NCBI RefSeq assembly: GCF_018977255.1
Contig: NW_024704743.1
Span: 83,268,001-83,332,000 of the forward strand
Source of the DNA: Callorhinchus milii
Taxonomy: Eukaryota
Direction: 5' to 3'
DNA length: 64,000 nt
The notes below the pieces were generated by a model that did not search any database, was not told the DNA's origin, and saw nothing but the letters and a program-made list of their open reading frames with translations. Both the position numbers and the translations under genes were made by a program. Below are positions 35,346 through 48,215 of this stretch, piece by piece. The stretch's first letter is position 1. Each line of letters opens with the position of its first letter.

Positions 35346-35987
35346 AACATTGAATAATATTAAAGGATGAGGGAAAAAACGGAGAGTGAGATTAGAGTGG
35401 ATAGCTCCAGTCAACAGAGAAATGGCATCCTTTTGTACTATGAACCATTCTGACCCTGTGTCATCCTGGGATAGTTTTTCCCGACTCCTGCAGCTGTCCC
35501 CTGTGCAGCGTTTGCATGTAAAGTCGCAACATACACAAATCCCTCAGAGAAACACTCAGAAATTATACCACAAAATAAGCAGATTGTGAAACATAATTCA
35601 GGTTTGAATTATTTCAGCATCAAAATGAGCCGACTGTTTAAAATGCACATACACACATGCAGTTGACTAATGATTCCTGGTGTCAAGTTATTTGGTACGA
35701 ATAAATGCTGAGATCCATATGTAGGCCCGATGCCACATTTGTCTTTCCAGAATTACGTGACAAGATGGACTAAAATAACTTGATTTGTCAGAAAAGGATT
35801 CAACGAAGTTTAAGAGCAAAGCAGCACCTGATGTGATGCATGTAAACAAGGTTGTGCGGATTATTCAATCTATAGGTAAAAATGCTTTATTCCCTTTGTG
35901 TAAATGGGCCCAAGAATCATGAGCAGGAATGGGAAGGTCTTTCCGGAGGAATGCAGGCAGTTTTCTGAAATTAGGGTTAGCGATCAA

Positions 35988-36377
35988 AGTGTCAGGGGTT
36001 CAGTTAGTAGCATACTCAAGTCTGATTTAGAAGGTTGTAGGTTCGAGCCCTATCTCCGACTTTGAATTCATAATCTAGGCTGATACTCCGATGCAGTGCT
36101 CAGGATGTGCTGCATTGTCGGAGGTGCCGTTCTTCAGATGAGGTGTTAATCCAAGATCCTTTCTGCTATTCAAGTGGATGTTAAAGATCCCACGCACTAC
36201 TTGCAAAAACAAGGGAGTTTCTCCCAGTATCAAACATCAATTCAATATGGGGGGTATTGTTGGTCAGGAACATTGCTGTATGCAAATCGGCTGTGGTGTT
36301 TGCCTACACGGTCGGTCACTACAATTATATGAACTGCTTTGAGACGTCCTCCTGATATGAAAGGTGCTATATCAAAT
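35988..36377 (+). mobile_element. Deu-domain SINE, near full length
   Basis: GGTTCGAGCCC B box, CTAGGCTGATACTCC..GCTGCATTGTCGGAGGTGCCGT..GATGAG core and an L2-type tail. Confidence 0.85.
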
Positions 36378-36630
36378 AATAAACCTTGCAATTGACATAG
36401 TGCCTTTCACGTTGGGAGGATGTCTCAAAGCACTTGATAGAATTTACTCTCTCTTTTCAAATAGTGCCATGGAAATTTTAATGCACCTGAAGCACAGCAT
36501 CACCAACCCACCCCTACCTTCTGGGGACTGTATTGGAGTGCCACCTTAGACTGTGAGTCAAAGCACCAACATGGAGCTTCAAACATCTAGTTTGGAGGCT
36601 AGAGTGCTAGAAACTGACCCAGACTATCAC
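36378..36630 (-). mobile_element. Deu-domain SINE with deletions, tail-to-tail with the previous copy
   Basis: CCTTGCAATTGACATAGTGCCTTTCACG tail, TTCAAATAGTGCCATGG and head AGAGTGCTAGAAACTGACC. Confidence 0.7.
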
Positions 36631-38712
36631 CTTGGATTATTATTATTAATAAGTAATAGTGGTTTAGGAGAGCTCTGCATTGCTGCAGGTTGGCACCGTA
36701 TATTAGGTGCAAAATGGAAGAATATTTCAATCCCGGTACTATCCTCAGACTGCTGATTAAAAAAAAACCACAACATTTTTTTAAAAAAAAGATTCACAGT
36801 CCCAGAACATTGAGCACTAAAAAATGAATGTACTAAAGTGCAAGACATGGTGCTAGTGCATTACTGAGTGCATTTCACAGGAGAATTGCTCTGTAGGGTC
36901 GTTCGTGGAAGTGAAATAAACTCAATAATGCACAGAAACTGATGGCAATGTCCTATTTATTGTCATTAAAAATAACTGTCCAAAGAGCATAGAAGATCAT
37001 TTTTTCTGCCTTTCTATCGGATGCTTGAAACAAGAATTAATCTAGGCGGGAGGTGGTGGGGTGGGGGGTAGGGTTTAGGATGACCAGAAGATCATCACTC
37101 CGACTTGAGTGAATCCCACTCTGAACAAACAACAAAGTGGAGTCAAGTTATGTTTGTGAGAGACCACGGACGAAATTTTTAATTGGGAAATATAATTAAA
37201 ATATACAGCAAAATTGACTCTTTAAATGGTGGAATTTGGCACGGTGACATCGACCAGGGGTCAACAACCAAAGGAGTTGGTGTCAGGTAAATACATTAAA
37301 TGACCTGGATTTCTTAGTGAAAGACTGGGACGTATCACTTTTTTACCTAGGCCGGTCTGTTGCACTTGTGAGCTACTCTGGAGAGTTTTTACATGGAATT
37401 ACATAGAATGGAACCAAACAGGCCATTCTGCCCAACTAGTCCATGCTGGCGTATATACTTCACACGAACCCCCACCCTTCCTATACTCTTTCCTATACCC
37501 CTTTTGCCCCTTCTCCCATCGTGTATCTGTATAATTTTCTCTTAAATAATAATAATAATACTTGCATATGATATAGCTCTATCATGTTAGGAGGATGACC
37601 CAAAACGCTTCACAGGATTTGCTGTTAAGTATAGTGACCGTGTACATTAATGGTGGACACCTTCAGACATTTATGATGGATAGGTAAGCAGCAGGGAGAA
37701 TTCTGCCACGTGCATCTTGTTCTCAGGACAGGTCTCTGACAGAGAAGGGACAAAATCACTCAGCTGAGTGTTTGGACCAGGAAATGTACTCTGTTCTTTC
37801 AAAGTCATTGTCACTGCTCTCCACCCCTCCTCATCCCAACCCCCTGCTCGGGTCCAAATCCCTGACTATCCAATGTCTTGAGATGTCCTCCCAATATGAA
37901 AGGTGCAATACAAATGTAATTTGTGTTGTTGCTCTTAATATATAAAGAGGGTTTCCCTGCCGAAAGCACTGTGTATCCTGGACGACACAGCTTAGTATTT
38001 TTTCCAGTGCCAATAATGTTACCACTTTCAAGAGAAGTGATTTTTTGAACCCCAAATAATGATGACAATTCATATCAACACAAGCTGCCAGATAACTTCA
38101 GCTGCTTTGTTACGTTATTGCAGCAGATTTAGAAGGGAGCAACGCATTTCTGCGAAATAAACTGTACCCTACGTAATATCATGTTTGTGAACATACACAT
38201 AAATACCTACCACGTTTCCATAAGTGTGGAGCTCTCCAGACAGCATTCTCCAATATCACAGCTACATTTGACAGCAGCCTTTCACCCGACCCCAATCCTA
38301 ATCTCTCATCGTATTGCGATAAACTGTTTACATGTCACGAGCCATTAATTTGAATAACATTTAATTCCTGACAAGAACAGCATCCCCACTCCCTGCATCA
38401 CAGAGCGATATGTATCCGAGTTGGCTTCCAGATTCCCCCACAGCAAGTTCCTGTTTTCAGCTGGAGGTGCCTGGATTGTTGAATGTTAATTGTTGCTGTG
38501 GTTCAGGATCAGCAATTGGAGGGTGGGCTCATAACTGCCCCCTCCTGGATAGCTGTGGTTTGGTATTGGCAGAGACTGGCAGTTAACTATAGTCTCGATC
38601 AGGAATAGGTGTATAACCGGATAGAGGTATGAAAAATAAGAGAGGGTGCAAAAGCACACAGGTGATTACATTTTCCCTCCTCGTAGAATTAATAATAATA
38701 ATTCTTGCATTT

Positions 38713-38863
38713 AAGACCATAAGGCTTAGGAGCAGGAGTAGGCCATTCGGCCCCTCGAGCCTGCCACATCATTTAATAAGATCATGGCTGATTTTCTAAC
38801 CTAATTCCATTTACCCGCCCTATCTCCATATCCCTTAATCCCTCTATCTTTTAGAAATCTATC
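38713..38863 (-). mobile_element. CR1 3' end nested in a SINE tail (host about 38690-38960, minus strand)
   Basis: Closely matches the reverse complement of 48060-48212. The host reads TTCTTGCATTT|insert|TTTGATATAGC. Confidence 0.85.
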
Positions 38864-40573
38864 AATTTGATATAGCTATTGTCATGTCTTTGTGGCATCA
38901 CAAAGAGCTTCACAGAATATACTGTAAAGTGGATTGACTGTGTATTTTGTGGGCAAAAATGTATCTTATTGTGAAGAGCAAAACCGATCTTGATCCTTGT
39001 AGTGTTTAGTGGGAATGCTATGAAATCCCGAAGAGCTACTTTGAACAGAAACGCGGTTGTTAAATTCACAGCAGGCTTCTTGTTTTGAATCAGATAATTA
39101 AAGTGGCGGTAATATGTGAAGCTCTTGGACTGGCAGGAAAGAGTTAAATTTGTTAATATCTTGCCTGGCTTTTACCAGTGTACCTGGCTCCACCAGTAAT
39201 TATAATAGGAGACAAATAATTAGTCAAAAGTAATGACTGGAAGCGTCACTGATGGTGGTGTTCAGACATATAATTGGGCAAGCACGGTGACGTTTCATTG
39301 TAATTAACGCATTATGCTGTAACTTCAAACCACTGGAGTCTGGATACCAAATTACTCTCAAACAATGTTCTGTGACTTGAGGCTTCACTGAACAGAGCAT
39401 GTGACATGTACGGAGCTCTCGTCCTGGGGTCTAATGCATTGCATGTAGAAATACAAAAACACCGCCACAACATCAGGTAAAGATCCACAGATCAATCAAC
39501 ATACCTTTAAAAGGAAGCCACATAGTCCACAGACCCATTTCAATCAAGCTGCTAAAGTGAAGCCTTTTACTTCCCTCGCGTCTTCTTTAAATTTGTTTTT
39601 CTCTCTCTCAGGGGGGCCTTTAGATTAACTTTTAAGGACATACCGTAAACTCAGTAATGTGAACCGTTCAAACACGCAGTTTTATGGTACATTTCTAAGC
39701 ATTATTTTATGTGTCACCTTTGTTTTGTAATCGTGTACCTACTAGCACTTTGTATCTCTCTCATCTCTCCCTCTCTATTTCAGCATCGTTGTTTAATGAA
39801 CCCTTTATTCAGGACTAGTTAATAACAGCAAGGTACAGCACAGGTAGCCATCTATTGTATTTGAGTCTCAATTCGCGGATTAGTCCCTTGGGGCTGCCTC
39901 ACAGGGCTTGTAACAGCTAATTGGGCCTGTTAGGGTCAGCAATTAGCTTCAAGCTATTCAGAACTTCTGACAGCTCCGCCTTTATCTGCAAACCAGCTCG
40001 AAGCAGTGAAACAATAAAGAAGGCAATCAAAACACTAAAATAGCAAACTGAATGGCGTGTAATGAAGAGCAATCTGCGATTTCAGTGTTTACTGAATTAT
40101 TCTGTGCCATGCATTGATTAACTCCACTGGTACACTGCGGCTCAAATCTGTACCTCTACCGATCGTTAAATGCTTCTGTCTGATTCTCCCTGTTTTAAAT
40201 GTTGAGAGATAGCAGGTAGGCTGCTTTGCTTGAAGAAGGGACCTTGCAGATAGCAAGAGTTGCTTTCAAATGAAGCAGAGAGCAGCTTAAAAACGGATCT
40301 ATGTGCATCTTTGATTTTGTGATGACTAGCACACTTCAAAAGTATTTGTCACTTACACTGGGTTAGGGGAGGAGGAAATGTTAACCTTGGCCCATCTGGA
40401 ACAGACGAGAGATATCCACAATTAGTTTACATGCTTTTAAGTGCTAATTTACTGAGGTGCTGAAACCCTTTTAACTAGATCCGTGGTGCAGAAATGAAAA
40501 GTAATAAACCATACATTTGATGCCAATACTTTTACATCAGGAGGAAGTCTCAAAGCGTTTCACAGGACATATT

Positions 40574-40886
40574 GTGGAGTCCTGTAGCTCAGTGGTTAGA
40601 GCACTCGCTTTGCAAGTGAGACCTGAGTTCAATTCCAGGCAGGGCGAAACCTTGGGCAAGTTTCCTTACTCCACACGCCTAATAATAATCCCTCCAAAAA
40701 AAACAATAATAAAAAATTGGTCATTTTCAATCCACGACTGTTTGTGGGACATTGCTATGCGCAATTGGCTGCCACGTTCGCCCACAAATATACAGTCAAT
40801 TCACTTTACAGTATATTCTTTGAAGCGCTATGGGACGTCAAGAAGACGTGAAAAGTGCTACATCAAATGCAAGGATTATTATTATA
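40574..40886 (+). mobile_element. Young tRNA-derived SINE, short subtype
   Basis: Near-identical to 7018-7336. ATATTGT occurs at 40569-40575 and 40884-40890. Inserted into an older minus-strand SINE tail. Confidence 0.93.
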
Positions 40887-42019
40887 TTGTAAGTGCAGTG
40901 ACTATGTGTTTTGTAGGGTTAAGATATTGTATTTACTGTACTTTCTTTACTCAACTACAAAGTCTGTAGAAAAATAAAGGTGCTACATAAAGGAAGAATA
41001 ACCTGCAGACTTCATTGCTCTTCTCTGGTTCATGTATAATAAAATATATTAATACTAATAATCCTTATAGCCAGTCCCTTCTCCCATCAAGTATGCATCA
41101 AGTTTCTCTTAAACTTTCCACATCCTCTTAGTGTTAGCTAATGTTAAACAGGTTGGAAAGTTGTATAATAATCGTTGAATGAAGGTAAAACACCAGCTGG
41201 AAATAAAAAGAGAAGCCTAAAACCACAGAGGAATGGTAAGAGGAATGGTAAAATATCCGAGCTCTTGATTCCCTTATCTTTGTATTTTATACAACTGATG
41301 CTGGGAGAGTAAAGTATTATATTGATATTTTGAGTATATAAATAAATCTTTGCTCACACACTCTGGATGAAACATGTGATGTTCCATCCTGGAGTCCATT
41401 CCTGACTCCCTCCAACTAGGTCCACCCCCTCCCTCTCAGCTTAAAGGCCACCTTAAAACCTGTATGTTTGACCGTGCTTTTGGTCACCTACCTCTCCCCT
41501 CTGTCCCCCCCAGGCTTGTGTTCCCAGGATGAAGTGCTTTGAGATGTCCTCCTGATGTGAAAAGCGCTATATAAATCTAATTTTTTTTTATAACAGGTGT
41601 AATGTAATTAAACCTGTTAAGAAATGTTGCATTTCTCAGCCAGTCCTGTGAGCTCTGCACCATGGTGCTGCTGTCCTTGTCCAGGACAAGGCTGTGACCT
41701 GATTTGTTGACTGACTGTCTCTCTCTCTGGCTTTGCTCAGGTAACTTTTGTCTGGCCAGGCAAAACCTAGCAGAAGAATAACCTGCAGTCTTCATTGCTC
41801 TCCTCCTGTTCATGTATAATAATAAAATGAAAATAATCCTTTCAGCTAGTCTCTTCTCCCATCATGCATGCATCAAGTTTCCTCTTACATAATAAAATTA
41901 TTAATAGTAATCTTTACATTTGACATAACACTTTATTATATCACCGAAACGTCCTAAAGCAGGATTTTACTGTACATTGTGATTCTGTATTTGTAGGTGA
42001 AATAGATAACTTCTCAGTG

Positions 42020-42635
42020 ATCAATGAGGCAACTAAATTGAAAGCTGGAATTAGGTATTTGAGTTACAAGGAAAGGCTCCTAAAGCTTGGAAAGTTCTTC
42101 TCCCTGGAGAAGGGGAAGCTTAGCGAGATCTTATTGAAGTATAATGCTAGATGATATAGATAAACTGAACAATAATGGACTAAACTCCTGATAGTTTGTC
42201 ACTCCAACGGCTCAGTGACGAGTTATTCAGAGTGGCAAGTTAGGTATGTGTATAAATACATAAGTAAATGCAGCCGGGTTATTGACAGCATGATGACTTA
42301 AGTGGTAGTGACAAGTTAAGCCAGGTTGAGTTATCAGGAGTTTAATGTGATATATTTCACAAACTCTACATCAGGAGGATATGGATTCAAACTGAAACGA
42401 GAGAAGGTAATCAGATGGTTCAGATTCAATGACTTTACACAGATGTCTATATGGAATGGACTGCCCTGGTTGGTGGCTGAGGCAGGTTGTGTTGACAGAT
42501 TCAGGAGAGAATTAAGTGGGGATTTGGTGATGAAGCTGATCAAGCTGATATGAGAGAGAGAGATTGGGAATGCTTTTCCTTCTTTAAGACTAGACTGACC
42601 ATATGGTCTTTTCCATTTCTAATCATTCTCATGAT
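42020..42635 (+). mobile_element. Highly decayed CR1 3' region, interrupted
   Basis: Remnants LSYKERL.KLG, SLEK..L..DLIEVY and IWNGLPWLVAEAGCVDRFRREL. Confidence 0.65.
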
Positions 42636-45600
42636 ATGAATCATGGAGCAACGTCTTAAGATGTTTACAGTCGGATCAAGTTATACACAGGGTCACCGTG
42701 GGTCTGCTTATCGTGTGTTCACATCAGGCTCCACAGTATATCCCAGAAGTGTAGTCTACTCTCAGCCCTTGGCACTGCTAGCTTGGCTTGATGCAATAGT
42801 GTACAGGTGGAGAGGCATCTCAGCATTGAGTAATCCCCCAGCAACTGCTAGAAATGCTCACGACAGTGGCTAACAGTTTGCTGGTGCGCATGTAGGAGGT
42901 GATATGAGCAGCAACTTGACCATCCAGAAGCATTGATTGATGGGTGGCCATTTTTATTAATAGTTATAACGTGAGGTTTGGCTTCCCGGCCTCAAACCTC
43001 GGGTTAGAATGGGGTTCCACCACCTTATCCTCAAGAGCAATAAAAAGATATGCGGAAAAGGAGAGGTTTAGGAAGAAATGATTTTTTAAATGGTTATTTT
43101 TTGCATGATCTCTGGTATTGCAGTTAGGTGGCAGACGGAGCTTCTTTAGGAAGGTTATTGCAATAAACTCCTGATAACTTGACTCTGGCTTAACTTGGCA
43201 CTGCCAAATCAGTCATCATGCAGGCAATATCCTGTCCGTATTAATTGATGTATTTATACATATGCCTAACTTACCATTCTGCATAACTCATTACTGAGCC
43301 CTTTCCCCCATGGAACCCTTTCAGGAGTTTCCTGTAATTCAGGAACAAAAGGGCTAATCCCCTCTCATTCCCTATTCTCTCTCTTAACCTCCCCCCTTCT
43401 TTTCCCGTAAGATTTCCCCCCACTCGCACCCACCGCCTGCAAATGTAACTTAAAGGTGTGGTAAAAGATAGGCCTGTGTTACAGTTTTGCACTTGACATG
43501 CATAGCCTGAATAGGAAAAGTAATTTAAAAAAATCAAGCTTATACAGCATTTTCTGTTAATTATCACCGTCCTCCTCTTGAAGTTCATGTTACGGTGATG
43601 ATATAAATTGTGATTGGATAGCATGACATTATTGCAGCAGGCAGCCTGCCGGGATTCTGGTTTAATATGAAGTCCGTGGCAGTGGTGCTTTGGGCTTCTT
43701 TTTGTGTTGTTTTAACGTATTGAACGGTGCAGTTTGTGGAAGGCTGGGGGCCGTTGGAAGGTGTGTTTGGCACGTCTGTTTTCCAGACACTTTTCAGGCT
43801 TGGTGCTCAGAGGGGTTGCGAGAGATGGCACTGCAGTAAATAGACATGTAAAATGTAATATGTGAGCGGCGATGGAGTAATGAGAGAAGCTGTATCACAA
43901 ACCACATTTGCGCAGCAACCTCCCATCTTGGCCTTATGAGTTCTGCAGAAGCAATCATTTTGCAATATTCCTGCAGTCATTACATGGCTGTTCTGTGCTT
44001 TGACTTGGTAAACATGCACTGCAGCGTACTTTGCACAAGACATGCTAAGTGATGGGATGCCCTTGCCCTTACTGGATCAAGCCAGACTTCTGTTCTAGAT
44101 CTTTTCAAGCCTGCTTGTCCAGTTTTCTTACTGTATTCCTGCATAGTTTTTAAGAGATCAGTATGAACGTGGGGGGGCTTGTTTAGCCCACTCCCCCTCC
44201 ATCACCCTCTGTCCTCACAATCCACTGAAGAAAGAGAGTGACCACACTCTCCAGCAAAAGCTATTCTGTTCCTGTGAGTGTATTCGAATGCGAGCACCTT
44301 GAATTTTATGACCAGGGTGGGATTAAGCAGTAATGGTATGCACAGCAGCACAGCAGAGTTGTAATTGAGAACGGAAGGGTGGTCCCATCCTTCAATCTGT
44401 CCGGCCTCAATTAAATGACAGCGGGGTGTCTCCTTAACACTCAAAAGTATTTTTGATATTAAAAAAAATATTTGTGATGTGATGAATTTTAAGCACAGAG
44501 AGCAGTGCTGCTTCGTCACTGCGCTCTCATAGCAGATCAAATCGTACAGGTTTGTGCTGAGGTAAAGGTTGCTTCAGATTTGCATGCCTCATGGTCAGCT
44601 CTTTTGTTCTTGTCCTACTGACTGTAATTGAATTCACCCTCTTTCAATTTAGCTTCAATTTATTGTCTCCAGCCAAGTTTATTTTGTATTGAGACATGGA
44701 GAGGAGGAGAGAGGAGCTTTGTGTTGGGGTGAGCGGTATGGAATAAAGTCTGAGAGAGATTCATCCACTTGTCTTCTCATCCTTCACTGGCAGCTGGTTA
44801 CTGAGTGGCATTAATGGAGACCTGGATCCTGGTTAAAAGATGGTGCATGATACAGAACTCAGATACATAAACCATAATGCCAAGACGTCTCAAAGTGCTT
44901 CACTGGCATTTCTATTAAATGTAGGGAAATTTGTAGGTTGCAAGTAAAATACAGAATTAAATAGCAAAGCTACAGCTAAAATCTAGTCCAGCCTGTCAGA
45001 TAATGTTCTTCAGATTCCCAAACTGTTGATGTCCCAGTACAAAATAAACTTGGCTGGAGACAATAAATTGAACCTAAATTGAAAGAGGGTGAATTCGTAT
45101 ATTTTCAGATCTTGTGTTTTTTTTAGTTAGCAAGGATCTCAGGCCTTTAATCTCAGCCACTGGAACAGAGTTTCTTAACATTTAGTTTTATGTTTTAATC
45201 ATAATGTTAAGAAGCTTTAAATCGTCGCTCTGGAATAAATGCCTTTCAAATCTCTTGGTCTCTTTCTCTTGTTAAAGAATGCCTTCTTGTGCCCTGTGTT
45301 TTGCTTCATATTACGCAAATTTAGGAGTCAGTCAGTCCTTCAGACCGTGCTCGAACATTATCTTTGAGTAAAAATTCCGATCAGAGTTACACGTAGCGCA
45401 TTTGCGAATGCACAACTATAATGGGAAATCCCATTAGTGACTGACTTTAGAAAGTGAATTTAATGCAGAAAGGAATATTTACCTTCCTGTCTTTAAAATA
45501 TGGTGATAAATGATTTGGAATCTTTTAAAATGACCTGTCTGTTATGCTCAGTTTCCTTCTTTTATTTTCACTTTGTTTTATCTTCATTTAATGATCTAAT

Positions 45601-46029
45601 TCAGTACGTTATTTTTATTTTTCGCCTCGGGAACACAGTGTGCTCTTGGAATTTAGGGCTTTGATGATGGACAACCTGTCCTCTAACTCTTAATTCCTTT
45701 TGATATAATATGAGTTGCAACCGGAGCTGTACGTCCCTGTAACATTGACTAGACACCAATATGTTTATACAAATAGGAACATTGTATTGTACACTATTAC
45801 TGTATTCTTCAACTGAGTCATAAATAATTTAGAAGGAAGTCAATTTGGCCCATCGAGCCTGTTAGATTATGACTATTCTCTCATTCCCATTTCTTCACCT
45901 TTTCTCCATATCCCTCAATGCCCTTGCTTCCCAAATAATGTATCTAACTCGCTCAACAGAGCACTACAGAGTACTATACACAGAAATAAGTTCTGTGTAC
46001 TGCATTCTCCACAGTATAGAAATTCACCG

Positions 46030-46485
46030 GAGCATCACTCTCTCTGGATGACAAGGCTATGATTGTCAATGGAATCCATGTTGGAATCCAGTCAACCCTC
46101 TATGGCGATTCTGGTGGTCCGGTTCCTGAGCCAGGAATTTCCACAATACTCTAGGCCACTGCAGTTGATAGCCCAGCCAGCTTGGCTCATCAGCAGGAAC
46201 TGGAGGGGAGGACTAGTCACTGGGGATAGGGATTCTTTCCACTCAACTCCCGTTAACCCTGCAAGCTAACATTCTAATAGCTAACCTAGCTGGACAAGCA
46301 ACAGGATGCTTGGACAAATGGTGCTTTGAATGGCAAGTGATGCAGTTTTAGCTGGTTAAATTCCATTAGTATCCCAATACTTGGGTTTCCAAGCCTTCAC
46401 CTAATACTCTACAGAATTACGTAAGCATGAGGGGGCGCACATTCTATTCCAGACATGAGGAAGTTTCCATGTGTAGATTCATATG
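46030..46485 (-). repeat. Unclassified repeat, second copy
   Basis: Collinear with 34330-34820: ATGTTGGAATC, TGAGCCAGG, CCACTCAACT, AGCTGGACAAGCA, TGCAGTTTTAGCT, TTTCCATGTGTAG. Confidence 0.75.
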
Positions 46486-46499
46486 TCAATCTCTGTCTA

Positions 46500-47146
46500 G
46501 TTTCCTCTGTAACATCGCCCGACTCCGCCACTACCTCAACCCTCTTGTTCATGCCTTCATCACCTCCAGGCTTGACTATGCAAATGCCCTGCTTGTCAGC
46601 CTTCCCAACTCCTCCCTCCACAGGCTGCAGATAATCCAGAACTCTGCAGACCATGTCCTCTCCTGCACCAAACTCCGTGATCCCATCTCCTCCATTCTCG
46701 CCCGACTGCATTGGCTTCCTATCCTTCAGAGGATCCAGTTCAAGGTCCTAGTCCTCACCTACAAAGCCCTCCATGGCCTCACCCCACCCTACCTCTGCGA
46801 CCTCCTAAACCCCTAACAACCCGCCCGCTCCCTCTGCTCAGCCGGCTCTGGCCTGCTCCACGTCCCCTGACCCACCCACCCCACCATTGGCAGGAGAGCC
46901 TTCAGCCACTCTGCCCCCAACCTCTGGAATTCCATCCCCCAGTCACTCTGCCTCGCCCCCTCCTTAGCCTCCTCAAAATCCTGCCTCAAAACCCTCCTCT
47001 TCGACTATGCCATCGGCCAAACCCCTTCCCCTCCCCTCCGCTCCCTCCTTGATCCGAGCTCGGGTCTGAAATGCTGTACATTGTCCAGCGCCTTGGGACG
47101 TCTCCCAACATGAAAGGCGCTATACAAATGTAATCTTGTTGTTGTT
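46500..47146 (+). mobile_element. 5'-truncated L2 LINE
   Basis: NIARLRHYL..LVHAFITSRLDYANALL..LHWLPILQRIQFKVLVLTYKALHGL with premature stops, then the stem-loop tail and (TTG)n. Confidence 0.95.
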
Positions 47147-47274
47147 TTAAACATCCCAATCAATTCAGCACTTTCACCTGCTGGGGCAGGATATTCCCCA
47201 TTCTCGCAATCCTCTTTTAAATGGCTATTTTGAGAATATGAATTTAACATATGTTAAAGTGTGACATGGAACTT

Positions 47275-48215
47275 AACATATCTAAATTTGCAGACGATAT
47301 GAAGATAGGTGGGAGAGTAAGCTGTGAGGATGATACGTGAAGAATGCAAAGGGAAATAGACAGACTAGGTGAGTGGGCAAGAAGGTGGCAGATGGAGTAT
47401 AAGGTGAGGAAGTGTGAAGTTAATCACCTAGGTAGTAAAGATGGAAAAGTGGATTATTTTCGAGAGGGGGAGAGACTAGGTAGTGTTAGTGTTCAGTGGG
47501 ATTTGGGTGTCCTTGTTCGCCAGTCACAAAAAGTTAGTATGTAGGTACAGCAAGCAATTAGGAAGGCTAATATCATGTTGGTGTTCATTGCAAAAGGGTT
47601 AGAGTACATGAGTAGGAAAGTCTTGCTGCAGTTGTATAAGGCCTTGGTGAGACCGCACCTAGAATATTGTGTGCATTTTTGTCTCTTTATTTAAGAAAGG
47701 ACATACTCGCCTTAAAGAGGGTGCAGCATAGATTCACTAGGTTGGTTCCTAGGATGAGGGTTTGACCTATGAGGATAGGTTGAGTAAACTAGGCCTATAT
47801 TCTCTAGAATATAGAAGAATTAGAGGTGATCTTATAGAAACCTATAAGATTCTTAAGGGTCTTGACAGGGTAGATGCCGTGAGACTGTTTCCCCTGGTTG
47901 GAGAATCTAAAACTAGGAGTCATAGTCTCAAGATTAAGGGTCAGCCTTTTCGAACTGAGTTGAGGGAACATTTCTTCACTCAGAGGTTAGTAAATTTGTG
48001 GAATTCTCTACCCCAGAAGGCTGTGGATTTTCATTCCTTGAACATATTCAAGACTGAGTTTGATAGATTTCTAAAGGATAGAGGGATTAAGGGATATGGA
48101 GATAGGGCAGGTAAATGGAATTAGGTTAGAAGATCAGCCGTGATCTTATTAAATGGTGGGGCAGGCTCAAGGGGCCGAATGGCCTGCTCCTACATCCTAT
48201 GGTCTTATGGTCTTA
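47275..48215 (+). mobile_element. 5'-truncated CR1 LINE (RT C-terminus plus 3' UTR)
   Basis: SKFADDMK at 47281, WQMEYKVRKCEV, LVRPHLEYCV, YEDRLSKLGLYSLEYRRIRGDLIETYKI and LWNSLP, with in-frame stops. Tail repeat TATGGTCT. Confidence 0.95.

Noticed and set aside
40517..40969. Recurrent similar ORFs (ESCSSVVRALALQ..., [15 protein letters not shown]) at several loci
   Set aside because: Translations of the non-coding SINE. The similarity reflects repeat copies, not a gene family.
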